IMG/VR virus record: IMGVR_UViG_3300018080_000174
Span: 3,412-67,411 of that record
Source: a virus
DNA length: 64,000 bases
Reading direction: 5' to 3' (one strand)
The notes under the pieces were generated by a model that was given only the letters and a program-made list of their open reading frames with translations, was not told where the DNA came from and searched no databases. Of the stretch, positions 37,858 to 46,886 are shown in pieces (positions within the stretch are counted from its first letter, which is position 1; each line of letters starts with the position of its first letter). The translations under genes were made by a program, and so were the position numbers.

Positions 37858-38784
37858 TTAAGCGGGACGCCGCTTTAGGCCCAAGGCTTCCGGGTTTTCC
37901 TTGCGAATCTTACGATACTGCTCCGGGGAGAGTTTCGTAGGATCAATACGGCCTTCACCCGACTTAACGCCGCCGGTTGCGGAACCCGATCCAACACCGC
38001 TAACAACGTTTGAGCGGAAGAGGTTGCCGTAATACTGGGGCAACTCCTTCATACGCTGCACGGCCTCTTCAGGGGTTCTGAGGGTTGTTACTTGGTCCCC
38101 GGTCGTTTCATCAATATCGGGGAAGTCAATCACAGGTGAGAACTGCCCAAGCGGATTGCCGCTGTCGTCAGTCTGTTCCTGCATTCTGGTCATCGGGCGC
38201 AACAGGCCCATGATTTGTGTGGGGTTAAACGCATCCTGTGCAATGGCAGCATCTTGGAGCGACCGATCAACCACCGAACTCTTATACAGGGTTTCCCACT
38301 GCTCGGCCGTTGTCTTGAGGTCTTCCACTTCCTGCGTGAAGCGTTCACGCTCTTGCTTACGCTCGTACTCAGCCTGCTGCTCCTTCGTTCGAGACATTTT
38401 CTGCAAGTCTTGAAGCTCAGCTTCCAACCGACCGCGCTCCTCTTTTTGCAGGTTCGTGTCGTTCAGCATCTTCTTGTAGCTGTCTTCAAGTTTCTTGATC
38501 TTCTCCTGATGCTTGCGACGATCTTCGGCCAAGAAGCTATTCACGTCAGCCTGTGAAAACGTCTTCTCGTTGTTCTTTCGGACTTCCTCGGCGGCCAAGC
38601 GAGCTTGCTCAGCTTTTGCGGCAGCTTCATCAGCGGCGACTTTCGCGGCGGCTTCAGCAGCGGCGACGGCATCACCAGTACCACCGGCTCCAGCGTCATC
38701 ACCACCCGCACCAGCATCATCACCTTCGTAGCAGGCCAGCGTCGGCATCGAACAGATCAAGTTGTACAGTTTGTCATACGACAT
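37858..38784 (-). CDS. capsid scaffolding protein
   Basis: KTFSQADVN, long coiled coil, LF...GSG C-terminus; directly upstream of capsid. Confidence 0.85.
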   Translation of the reverse strand: MSYDKLYNLICSMPTLACYEGDDAGAGGDDAGAGGTGDAVAAAEAAAKVAADEAAAKAEQARLAAEEVRKNNEKTFSQADVNSFLAEDRRKHQEKIKKLEDSYKKMLNDTNLQKEERGRLEAELQDLQKMSRTKEQQAEYERKQERERFTQEVEDLKTTAEQWETLYKSSVVDRSLQDAAIAQDAFNPTQIMGLLRPMTRMQEQTDDSGNPLGQFSPVIDFPDIDETTGDQVTTLRTPEEAVQRMKELPQYYGNLFRSNVVSGVGSGSATGGVKSGEGRIDPTKLSPEQYRKIRKENPEALGLKRRPA

Positions 38785-38804
38785 CGTAACTCTCCTAACG
38801 TGTG

Positions 38805-39329
38805 TTAGTCTACCCTACTAAATTTGACAGAACCGCTGTCACGCAGGAATGGGCGTAGGTATCTCCATGCTGCGGCGCTTGGAACCCCGTTATTCAGATG
38901 TTCAATCTGAGAATGGTTCCGGTTATACGTCGTTCTGACAGATGCGATTCCCTGACTGACCACAGCCAGATTTTCAAGTTCGAGATCGGGGTCTACCCCG
39001 TCTAAAAGGTTGTAAGAAATTTCCCAGCACGCGATTTTGATTTCTTCCGGTACATCGACATCTTCGTCTCGCGGGAACTGCAAATCCTGTGACCAGTCCG
39101 CGTCCCTGAGTTCTTCATCGGTGACATCCAACTCATTACCATCGGCGTCATACATTATGTCGTAGACCGCCGCCTTTTGGCCTTTGAAGTTGAGAGCGTC
39201 GATGATTTTGGTCGCCCAGATTAACGCCTTCTCCCGTTCGTCAGTCGTGGCATTAGTCCACGCCTCTTCATGGAGTCTGTGCGAGAAGTAGGTGTTAGCC
39301 TCAGCAAGTGTTCCGTAGTATGTGTACAT
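38805..39329 (-). CDS. head-tail adaptor (DnaT-like/gp6-like)
   Basis: YGTLAEANTYF, KALIWAT, QDLQFPR, VPEEIKIAC, YLRPF. Confidence 0.8.
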   Translation of the reverse strand: MYTYYGTLAEANTYFSHRLHEEAWTNATTDEREKALIWATKIIDALNFKGQKAAVYDIMYDADGNELDVTDEELRDADWSQDLQFPRDEDVDVPEEIKIACWEISYNLLDGVDPDLELENLAVVSQGIASVRTTYNRNHSQIEHLNNGVPSAAAWRYLRPFLRDSGSVKFSRVD

Positions 39330-39331
39330 GC

Positions 39332-39661
39332 TTAAACTCCAATCCAAGCTAAATCTTGATCGGCCGACGTGCTGATGAAGTATAGGTCGTCAGCACTTTC
39401 AACATTGATGACGATTGAGGCTCCTGGCCCAAGTGGAAATCCACCGGTTGTGGGATCACTGTCCGCTGTGACATTCGAGCCGCCTACCCAAATTGTCGCG
39501 GTATTCGGAACTGGGTCCGTGCCACCAGGGGCTCGAATAATGAGGCCCGTCGTCAAATTACCCTTGACCTCAGTGATTTGGACACGGGTAAGCCCGACCA
39601 CTAAGTGGCCATTATACACTCGATCCGGAACGGTTGTTTTCGATACTTTGACTGGCAACAT
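39332..39661 (-). CDS. small virion protein (beta-sandwich-like)
   Basis: NTATIWVGG..V...GFPLGPG pattern; head cluster. Confidence 0.55.
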   Translation of the reverse strand: MLPVKVSKTTVPDRVYNGHLVVGLTRVQITEVKGNLTTGLIIRAPGGTDPVPNTATIWVGGSNVTADSDPTTGGFPLGPGASIVINVESADDLYFISTSADQDLAWIGV

Positions 39662-39679
39662 GTTAAATCCCCTGGAGGT

Positions 39680-41491
39680 TTATTCCGCCTTCTTAGCACG
39701 ACCTTCGCCGCGAACCGGCTTCGCTGCCGAATCATTGAGCGTCGTGTCCGTGGCCGCTTTACGTTCTTCACTCCCCTCCCTCGCAGGTTCGTCCGACAAA
39801 TCTTCCACACCTCTTGCGGCCGGATTCTCCGCATCAGATACCGATGTCTGTGCTTCAAGAATACGGGTTGCTCGCTCCAAATGATCTTCACGGGCCTGTA
39901 GATACTCATCCTCATTGAAGCCCAAGGCCATCGAAGCAACTTGCTCGCCGCACAGACCAGCCTCTTGGGATCGGATGATGACATCTGGATCACTTGTGGT
40001 GTAATCAGCCTCATCAATTTCATCGAAGATCGAGTCAATCTTCTCTGTATTGATTCGTCCCGACAGTAGAGCCGTTACGATGTTCTTGGCCAATTCCTTT
40101 TTCACCGTGTTGCCGGGAACGGTGAACATCATCTCACGCAGTTTCGTCGCCTCATCAATGCGGTCCCTGTCCGTTTTCAAACTGTAGCGATCTGGATATT
40201 TGATCGTAGCGATCTTACGATGTTCAAGTCGTCGTTCCTCATACGCAGCCCAGTGCTCTGCTACTTTTCGCTCGCTGCTCTCAAGAACCAGTCCGATATA
40301 CGACAGACCCGCTTCCAGCCCTTGATCGCTCATTTTCAGAGCTTCGGCGGACGTGGCTCGCTTACCGATCTTGTTTGTCACCGCAAGATTAACGAGCTTC
40401 CTGATGTCGTCCTCCAGCTTCTCTTGGAGCTTCAATGAGGCTTCCAGCGGCTCAGGGGACGGATGGATAAAGCCCGGTCGTTCCGCTTTCAGATCATACG
40501 TTCGACCGTGGGTAGTACCTGTCAAAATCTCACGCCCAGAGGCTCGCTGACCGCCAGCCATCGCCGTCCCATCGGGATTAGCTGCGTGCTTCAAATGGTC
40601 GCCCACCGCTCGTCGGTCCACCTGCTCAGTGTAGAACGGGAAGTTTGCTTTCAGGGCGTAGGCAACATCGCTGGAAGTCAGGTTCAGCAAAGCCGCCTGA
40701 TGATTCGATACGTCTTTCAAGAGACTGTCACCAATGTCCAGCAAGACGAAGGGGATACGAGTCAATGCGAGCACGATGGGCTCACCCAACCAGGGATCAC
40801 CATCTGGCGTGATCGGATTTGAGTCAGCGTCATAAAACTGCACATTCACGAAACCTGTTTCTTTGTCGATCCAAATCAGACGGTAGCGTTCAAACTCACC
40901 GCCCGGCAGCTTCAGATCGTACATGTCGTGTTGCGTGAAGTCAACGCCCTTGTCCCGGAGAAGAACCGCTTGGAACTCACCCGGCTCCTCTGGCTTCGAG
41001 AGCGACCACGCCAAAATGTCTTCAACTTGATACATGTAGAGATACGGGCGGGCCGTCCCAACGTCGGCCAGCGTTGGCCCTTCCAACTCGGGCATATCTA
41101 CATAAACTCCTACCTTACCCATGACTAGCAACTCGGTAAGGCAGTCAATACCCAGGAAGCCATTCATGGAACTTCCTCGCAAGTCCACGCCACCCTTCTC
41201 TCCCGCAACTGCCGACATGTAAGCAGTTGAACCATCGCGTCGGGTAATATCTCGCATCCTTTGGAAGATGGAATTTCGCACGTCGTTTACAGCAGCCTTG
41301 GCATACGTCGGGATCGGCGTAATGGCCTTGCGATCATTAAAGTCCGATGTCGATTCCCGCTCAGTAAATTTTGTCAAATACTGATCGGTGTAATGCTCCC
41401 CGCCGTCGTACACTTCACGCCACTTTGCCCAATAAGGCGTGTCGTGAAAGTATCGCGGATGCCGTGTATCAATTACCGAAAATTTAGCCAT
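39680..41491 (-). CDS. portal protein
   Basis: 603 aa directly after TerL; HP.Y...W..WR..Y.GG N-terminus of DUF4055-like portals. Confidence 0.85.
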   Translation of the reverse strand: MAKFSVIDTRHPRYFHDTPYWAKWREVYDGGEHYTDQYLTKFTERESTSDFNDRKAITPIPTYAKAAVNDVRNSIFQRMRDITRRDGSTAYMSAVAGEKGGVDLRGSSMNGFLGIDCLTELLVMGKVGVYVDMPELEGPTLADVGTARPYLYMYQVEDILAWSLSKPEEPGEFQAVLLRDKGVDFTQHDMYDLKLPGGEFERYRLIWIDKETGFVNVQFYDADSNPITPDGDPWLGEPIVLALTRIPFVLLDIGDSLLKDVSNHQAALLNLTSSDVAYALKANFPFYTEQVDRRAVGDHLKHAANPDGTAMAGGQRASGREILTGTTHGRTYDLKAERPGFIHPSPEPLEASLKLQEKLEDDIRKLVNLAVTNKIGKRATSAEALKMSDQGLEAGLSYIGLVLESSERKVAEHWAAYEERRLEHRKIATIKYPDRYSLKTDRDRIDEATKLREMMFTVPGNTVKKELAKNIVTALLSGRINTEKIDSIFDEIDEADYTTSDPDVIIRSQEAGLCGEQVASMALGFNEDEYLQAREDHLERATRILEAQTSVSDAENPAARGVEDLSDEPAREGSEERKAATDTTLNDSAAKPVRGEGRAKKAE

Positions 41492-41503
41492 TGCGAATCT
41501 CCA

Positions 41504-43171
41504 TCACAAGAAAACTCCGATGTCCTTGTTGGTTACAATCCCGGCTGCAAGTGGTAGACCCATTTCAGCGTAGGTCAAGGCATGTACGAAGTGGTCAGTG
41601 CCAGTGTTTATGTAAACGGCCCTTGGGTTATTCAATTCGTCCTTCTCGAAAGTTCGGACTACGTTTTTCATGTGGTCTTTGAATTCAAAGCTAGTGTCAG
41701 CCGGGATTTGAATTCGTCCGCTATGAAATCGACCTAAGGCAGCATCCATCCAGTTCGTGCGGTCAACGGTGGCAATTGGTGCGCCGCCATCTTCTTCGCT
41801 AATTTGCATTTCCTTACCCGTGACTCCCCGCCGATAGCGGCAGAGGTAAACGTACCCAGGAAACCGACGTGCGAATCGTCGGGCGTCGTTGATCTGCGGA
41901 TCGGCGTCTATGACGCAGGCTAGGACTTGCCACTCTCGCATCAATTTATCAAGATGCTCAAAGTCGTCTCCAGGAACCTTCCCCTCCCACAACAGCTTTC
42001 CAAAGGCTGCGGCATTCAAGTCGTGGCTATACTGGTCAAAGAAATACTCCATCACGACAATGTTGTTGGCTTTACCTTGGTCAATCCCCATGCAAATGCA
42101 ACGCTCACCGCCAACTTGTGGCCGGGCATCATTTTTTGTGTATCCGGCAACCGCATGTTCGAGTTCCGTGTCTGTTACCAAGCCACCTGCCGGGATGTAA
42201 GGTTGACCTAGTTTGGAGTTGTGGAACTCCACCATCGCCGCTTCGTCACCCAGGCCACGAAAATGCGCCGTGACGATTTCCCCTGGCGACACTGTAAAGC
42301 TGTACAATTGGTTGATAAGGAAACTGCGAAAATCCTCATCGCACTTTACTGTGGACTCCCAATGACAATTCTCCAGATTCAACCACTCAGCTTTTGTCGC
42401 ATGGTCCAACTTGTGCCCACACTCTTTGCATTTCAGGTAGGACTCTTTGCACCTTGGGTCTGCCACGGTTTCCCCGATGATCTCGACGCAATCCGGCCAA
42501 ACCAATTCAGTCATACGCCCGCAGTGTGGGCACTTGAATATGTAGTGCTCTTGCGACCCCTGTTCGTACAGTTTATGTACGCCGAATTTAGGGATTGTCG
42601 GGGTCGAAATGGCCCACACGGATTTCTCGATATGACCCGACAACCGTTCGAGAGCGAGCCAGATTTGCTTCTGGTCCATCTCGTTCACTTCATCAAGGAT
42701 CAACGTCGAAACTGGGATTGATTTCAGGTTGGCGTCTCCTCGCGATCCTCTGATATAGAGATTAACGCCACCAGCCTGCTTCAACCCAACAGTGTTCGTG
42801 TCTGTGAAAAGGCTCTCCAAGTAGGGGCTATTCAGTAACGCGGTATTGAACCGAGCCTTTGCGAAGTCGCTGGCATTGTTCAACGTGGGGAGGACATACA
42901 GCACATCCTTTCGCAATACGTCCACAACATAAAATGCTTGGTTGATGGCGACTTCCGTGACGCCCATTTGGGCAGCTTTCATTGCAACATTGTAAGCCGC
43001 CTGTGAATCTTGGATGTCTTTGCACCACGGGTACATTTTGTATCCATACGGGCCTGCAAATTCCCCGCCCATAATGCGCCGATTCATGGCCCATCGAGAT
43101 GCTGAGGTCATTGTTCGGCTTTTCATGCCGCTTGCAAGGGCCTCACAAAATGCGTCCTGCAAAGCACCCAT
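41504..43171 (-). CDS. terL: terminase large subunit (GpA-like)
   Basis: KAAQMGVTE, LILDE, ISTPT, CPHC/CKEC Zn knuckle, MGIDQG nuclease, DHFVHA. Confidence 0.92.
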   Translation of the reverse strand: MGALQDAFCEALASGMKSRTMTSASRWAMNRRIMGGEFAGPYGYKMYPWCKDIQDSQAAYNVAMKAAQMGVTEVAINQAFYVVDVLRKDVLYVLPTLNNASDFAKARFNTALLNSPYLESLFTDTNTVGLKQAGGVNLYIRGSRGDANLKSIPVSTLILDEVNEMDQKQIWLALERLSGHIEKSVWAISTPTIPKFGVHKLYEQGSQEHYIFKCPHCGRMTELVWPDCVEIIGETVADPRCKESYLKCKECGHKLDHATKAEWLNLENCHWESTVKCDEDFRSFLINQLYSFTVSPGEIVTAHFRGLGDEAAMVEFHNSKLGQPYIPAGGLVTDTELEHAVAGYTKNDARPQVGGERCICMGIDQGKANNIVVMEYFFDQYSHDLNAAAFGKLLWEGKVPGDDFEHLDKLMREWQVLACVIDADPQINDARRFARRFPGYVYLCRYRRGVTGKEMQISEEDGGAPIATVDRTNWMDAALGRFHSGRIQIPADTSFEFKDHMKNVVRTFEKDELNNPRAVYINTGTDHFVHALTYAEMGLPLAAGIVTNKDIGVFL

Positions 43172-43175
43172 TTAC

Positions 43176-43586
43176 TTACTCGTCTTTGGAGTCTTTGTCC
43201 ACAGCCACTTCCGCCTTCATCTTCAGCTTGCTCCCCGGCTCGGGCTTCGGCTCGGGCTTCGGCTCGGGCTTCGCCTTGGGCTTCGCCTTGGGCTTCGGCT
43301 CGGGCTTCGGCTCGGGCTTCGGCTCGGGCTTCGGCGCGGGCTTCATGGCGGCCTTCAAGGCTTCCTCGCTATACTCCATCCACTCGCCGTCGATCAGTAG
43401 TTGCTTCACCATCACTTCTCGGCTGGCACTGAGAATTTTCACGGTGAGAGCGGCCACATCTTCGTCGGCCATTGGAATTTCAATCTCCGGAGCCGCAGCA
43501 CCTCGGACGTTTAGCTGACTTCCGTCCTTCAGATGGACATGAATCAGGTAGCTGGGAAAATGTCGTGCAGGGTTACGAAATTTCAT
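43176..43586 (-). CDS. hypothetical protein with PKPE/PKAK repeats
   Basis: ORF; low-complexity C-terminus. Confidence 0.65.
   Translation of the reverse strand: MKFRNPARHFPSYLIHVHLKDGSQLNVRGAAAPEIEIPMADEDVAALTVKILSASREVMVKQLLIDGEWMEYSEEALKAAMKPAPKPEPKPEPKPEPKPKAKPKAKPEPKPEPKPEPGSKLKMKAEVAVDKDSKDE
43237..43344. repeat. 12-bp tandem repeat (GGCTCGGGCTTC and variants)
   Basis: About 9 units, in frame, encoding PKPE. Confidence 0.9.
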
Positions 43587-43587
43587 C

Positions 43588-43893
43588 TTACTCTCCTTCT
43601 GGTTTCCGCTCGGACGGGTTAGGCTCCAGGATCAACAACGGGAGCAGTTTCATCAGAATGGCCTGAATTTGCGGCCAGTGCTTTACGAACCAGTCCCAAA
43701 TCGCACTCCAGTCGATCCGGCCGGTCTTAACTTTCCAAGGCGCGCCGAGTTGACGTTCAACTTCAGCTTCCCACTTCGCGACCGTCTCCGGGTCTTTGCA
43801 GGCTTCTTTGACCTTGGTGTACTCTTCTCGGGTGATTAGGCCGCGCCGCTTCTGACGCCGGGCCACTCTCTGTGCTTTTCGTGCGAAGTTCAT
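43588..43893 (-). CDS. basic hypothetical protein with amphipathic C-terminus
   Basis: IDWSAIWDWFVKHWPQI. Confidence 0.65.
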   Translation of the reverse strand: MNFARKAQRVARRQKRRGLITREEYTKVKEACKDPETVAKWEAEVERQLGAPWKVKTGRIDWSAIWDWFVKHWPQIQAILMKLLPLLILEPNPSERKPEGE

Positions 43894-44201
43894 TCTTCAC
43901 TCCTGTCTAAGGCATCTAGTGCCAAAAAGAAATGTGTTATCCCCAGGGATGCGAGGCTGGCAAGAGTCACCATCGCCAAGCCCGTAATAATCATCTCTCC
44001 CAGCGTGCCTCTGAACCACGCTATTACGCTGACCGCTGCCAACCAGTGACTCAAACAATAGGGGCAGTGAATCAACTCCTCAAACCATACTCCGAGTCTT
44101 GTGACCAAGTTCCGCAGCCAATACATCGCGTTCGACTTGGAAATCGTCATGGACGCGGCTGCGACCGCCAAGGATGTCAGAATGATGTTATCAAGTGACA
44201 T
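43890..44201 (-). CDS. DUF1360-like membrane protein
   Basis: ELIHCPYCLSHW flanked by TM helices. Confidence 0.75.
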   Translation of the reverse strand: MSLDNIILTSLAVAAASMTISKSNAMYWLRNLVTRLGVWFEELIHCPYCLSHWLAAVSVIAWFRGTLGEMIITGLAMVTLASLASLGITHFFLALDALDRSEE

Positions 44202-44769
44202 AGCGGCTCTCGGAGGGGTTGGAATTCTTCTTCAAGTCCTTCTTGATCGTCTCGGCGCTGGTCACGCCGACATGTCTCGCTACAACTGCACCGTCGCGGA
44301 AGATCAAAGTCGTCGGTAATCTATCAATGCCCAACTCCTTTGCAACTTCTCGATTTTCATCGTAGTCCATGATGTAGACGTTGTATCCCTCAGCTTTGAG
44401 CTTCTTTACAATGGGGTACATTTTCTTACAAGCAGGGCACCAATCTGCCGCCCATAGGACTAAGCAGTTGGACTTAGTTATCACCGCTTCTCCGACCTCC
44501 GTCTCCGCAGTCTCGGTATTCGCGTGGGCTTCTCCTGTGGGGAGGTATTCAGGTCGCCAGCCGAACTGTCGTTCAGCTTCGGGTGTCCTTTGTGGTCCAG
44601 GTAGTCGTTGGCTATATCCGTTGCCTCGGTAATTTTCTCGCTCCAAAGAATCTTGGACCCCTTGGATATCGCGAGGCCGGTCGAACGAACTAGACGTACT
44701 ACCCGTCGCCATATAGAGAGCAAAGCAAACATAGCACACTCCCAGGATTTGTAGTAACTGTTGTTTCAT
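44191..44769 (-). CDS. membrane-anchored/secreted thioredoxin
   Basis: WAADWCPACK, GIDRLPT; N-terminal hydrophobic segment. Confidence 0.88.
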   Translation of the reverse strand: MKQQLLQILGVCYVCFALYMATGSTSSSFDRPRDIQGVQDSLERENYRGNGYSQRLPGPQRTPEAERQFGWRPEYLPTGEAHANTETAETEVGEAVITKSNCLVLWAADWCPACKKMYPIVKKLKAEGYNVYIMDYDENREVAKELGIDRLPTTLIFRDGAVVARHVGVTSAETIKKDLKKNSNPSESRYVT

Positions 44770-44773
44770 CGCA

Positions 44774-45805
44774 TCACCAGATAATGTAATCGGGGATGTC
44801 TACGCGAGGGTATCCAACGTACCCACTGATCGCAAGACTATCTCCCTGTTTCATCGCGGCGTCAATTGTTGCCGCATCACACCAGAAACTCCCATCCGGT
44901 TGTTCATGCCGCTTTGGCCCGCTGACCCAAACATCGCCGCCCCAACTGTTTTGGACCAATGCCCCTGGCCGTCTGTATTCATCATCAACGCCGAGGATTA
45001 CCATCGCATGGTACCACGGTCGTCGCCCACGTCGCAGGAATCCATCCCGATCTCGCTTGGTATTGAAGCCCACGTTGCTGCACATGATAACGGGATAACC
45101 GTTAGCCACTGCATCGCGGCACTCTTCCCACGACCGCACGAATGCACAAGTTCGCACCGGATGGAGTCGGCACAGCGGCTCCAACGCATCGGGCACACCC
45201 ATGTTGCCGCGACCGAGTTTCCGAGCCTTCAAACCATCGTAGGTCGTGTAGTCAAACTTACCGTCAAGGTACTTCTGTCGGAGGAGCACGCCCCACTTAC
45301 GGATAAACTCAGCCGCCCAAACACCGAGAGAGCCGTCGCCGCTGACTCGGCCGCCACCGACCTCGACTCGCGAACCGGCGTAGATGATCTCCGTGGCGGA
45401 TTTAGTTACCCATCGTTCGGACTTGTTGTGCATCAAGATACGGACGGCGGTAAGGACATCCACCCCCAAACCGTAAGCGTGGCTAACGCAATCTCCAATG
45501 GTCTGGTAATGGGGAACCAGAGGTCGTCCCGTGACTTGCTCAAAGAGCTTGTACAGGAGGACTTTCTTACCTTTGCCCGTACCCTTGATCTTCTGTGACT
45601 GCTGACTTAGGAAGGGGTAGCGATGCGCCTTGACAAATTGCCGCCGGGCTTCCGTATCGTTGACCCAGCCTGCGTAAAGCGGATTCTCAGTATCCGCATG
45701 AAGGTCCAGAGGTGCTCCCGCCGCATAGGCCAGTTCTGGGAATCCGCCTGCCATCAGGCCACCAGCCGTGCCTGCCAATAGCTTCAAAGCGTCACGTCGA
45801 TTCAT
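44774..45805 (-). CDS. Tat-signal papain-like (C1) cysteine peptidase
   Basis: MNRRDALKLL twin-Arg signal with AYA cleavage site; QTIGDCVSH, WYHAM, QNSWG. Confidence 0.85.
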   Translation of the reverse strand: MNRRDALKLLAGTAGGLMAGGFPELAYAAGAPLDLHADTENPLYAGWVNDTEARRQFVKAHRYPFLSQQSQKIKGTGKGKKVLLYKLFEQVTGRPLVPHYQTIGDCVSHAYGLGVDVLTAVRILMHNKSERWVTKSATEIIYAGSRVEVGGGRVSGDGSLGVWAAEFIRKWGVLLRQKYLDGKFDYTTYDGLKARKLGRGNMGVPDALEPLCRLHPVRTCAFVRSWEECRDAVANGYPVIMCSNVGFNTKRDRDGFLRRGRRPWYHAMVILGVDDEYRRPGALVQNSWGGDVWVSGPKRHEQPDGSFWCDAATIDAAMKQGDSLAISGYVGYPRVDIPDYIIW

Positions 45806-45821
45806 CGCCGCCTCCTGCTTG

Positions 45822-46655
45822 TTAGTTATTGATGCTCAGTGTTTCAAAAAGATCAGCATAGGCCCTCAACCCCGCCGCCACCTCACGCCACATTTCCGCG
45901 TGCTGTTCTGGCGAGACCAGCGTACCCGCATTGGCCTGTTTCTTGAATTCATTTTGGAGGCTGAGCAGAAAGGGTTTCCACTCCTCCACCGAATCTTCAA
46001 GAGCCTGACGATTGGCTTCGCCCGTGGCTTTGATAATCTCATCGGGAGTTGTGTGAACACCGGCAGCAATCGTGGCAGCCACGCCTTCAAAGCTCTCGGC
46101 CAACCGCACAACCTCATCTCTCGGCCGCAGCGTCAAAGAGCACCAATACGGAATCCACTCCACCACGCCCGCTTCCGAATCGGGGCGGGGTACCTTGGGA
46201 TAATCACTGGGATCGGGGCCGGGCTTACCGACAATCACGGTATGCGTCTTTACATCGACCGTTCCTTCGTAAGCACAGGCAACGATGAACATATATTCGC
46301 CTTCCTCACGAGCACTGAACACGGCCCGCCGACCCTCGCTGTAAACCTCGAAGTCCACCGACTCGGGCACGAGAATCCATTTGAACGAATTTGCCTTACT
46401 GGCCGACACGTCAAACCGTACCAACTCCCCAACTTTAGCCGTCTCCGGTGCGTGGATGACAATCTTGGCCCCGTCTACCTGCGGGTCACAGCCGTCATCG
46501 TCGGTGTACACCACTTCCTGAGCAACGGTCGTCTGATTGGACATAATCCTCACCGCATCAGGCGTCACCTTGAATGATACGGCTGCGATAACGCCCGTCG
46601 CTGCCAGCACCGCAGTAATCAGCATCGCATTGATAAACGTTCTGAACCTAGCCAT
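45822..46655 (-). CDS. secreted protein, PKD/Ig-like domain plus helical bundle
   Basis: Signal anchor; VGELVRFDVSAS...FKW...GEY.F; GP/DP linker. Confidence 0.65.
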   Translation of the reverse strand: MARFRTFINAMLITAVLAATGVIAAVSFKVTPDAVRIMSNQTTVAQEVVYTDDDGCDPQVDGAKIVIHAPETAKVGELVRFDVSASKANSFKWILVPESVDFEVYSEGRRAVFSAREEGEYMFIVACAYEGTVDVKTHTVIVGKPGPDPSDYPKVPRPDSEAGVVEWIPYWCSLTLRPRDEVVRLAESFEGVAATIAAGVHTTPDEIIKATGEANRQALEDSVEEWKPFLLSLQNEFKKQANAGTLVSPEQHAEMWREVAAGLRAYADLFETLSINN

Positions 46656-46667
46656 GTTTCTCCCTCA

Positions 46668-46874
46668 TCAGTTGATTTTTGCCGATTGATCGTTTCCGTG
46701 CCATCTCAGTTGGTAGTCCACCCAACAATCCTCGCACAAGTCAGTATTAGCGAAGAAGATGGTCTTTCCGCAATAGCAGAGATGTGTGGACCCGTCTGCT
46801 ACCGGTTGGCCTCTCCTAACTTTCTCGGCCCGTCTCTGTTCACGTCTGCGCTTTTGCCGCAAATGTCGCCGCAT
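46668..46874 (-). CDS. small basic Zn-finger protein
   Basis: Arg-rich N-terminus; CYCG...CEDC. Confidence 0.55.
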   Translation of the reverse strand: MRRHLRQKRRREQRRAEKVRRGQPVADGSTHLCYCGKTIFFANTDLCEDCWVDYQLRWHGNDQSAKIN

Positions 46875-46886
46875 ATAGTTTCGCCT

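Noticed and set aside
43237-43344. CRISPR array or contingency locus
   Set aside because: In-frame 12-bp coding repeat without spacers
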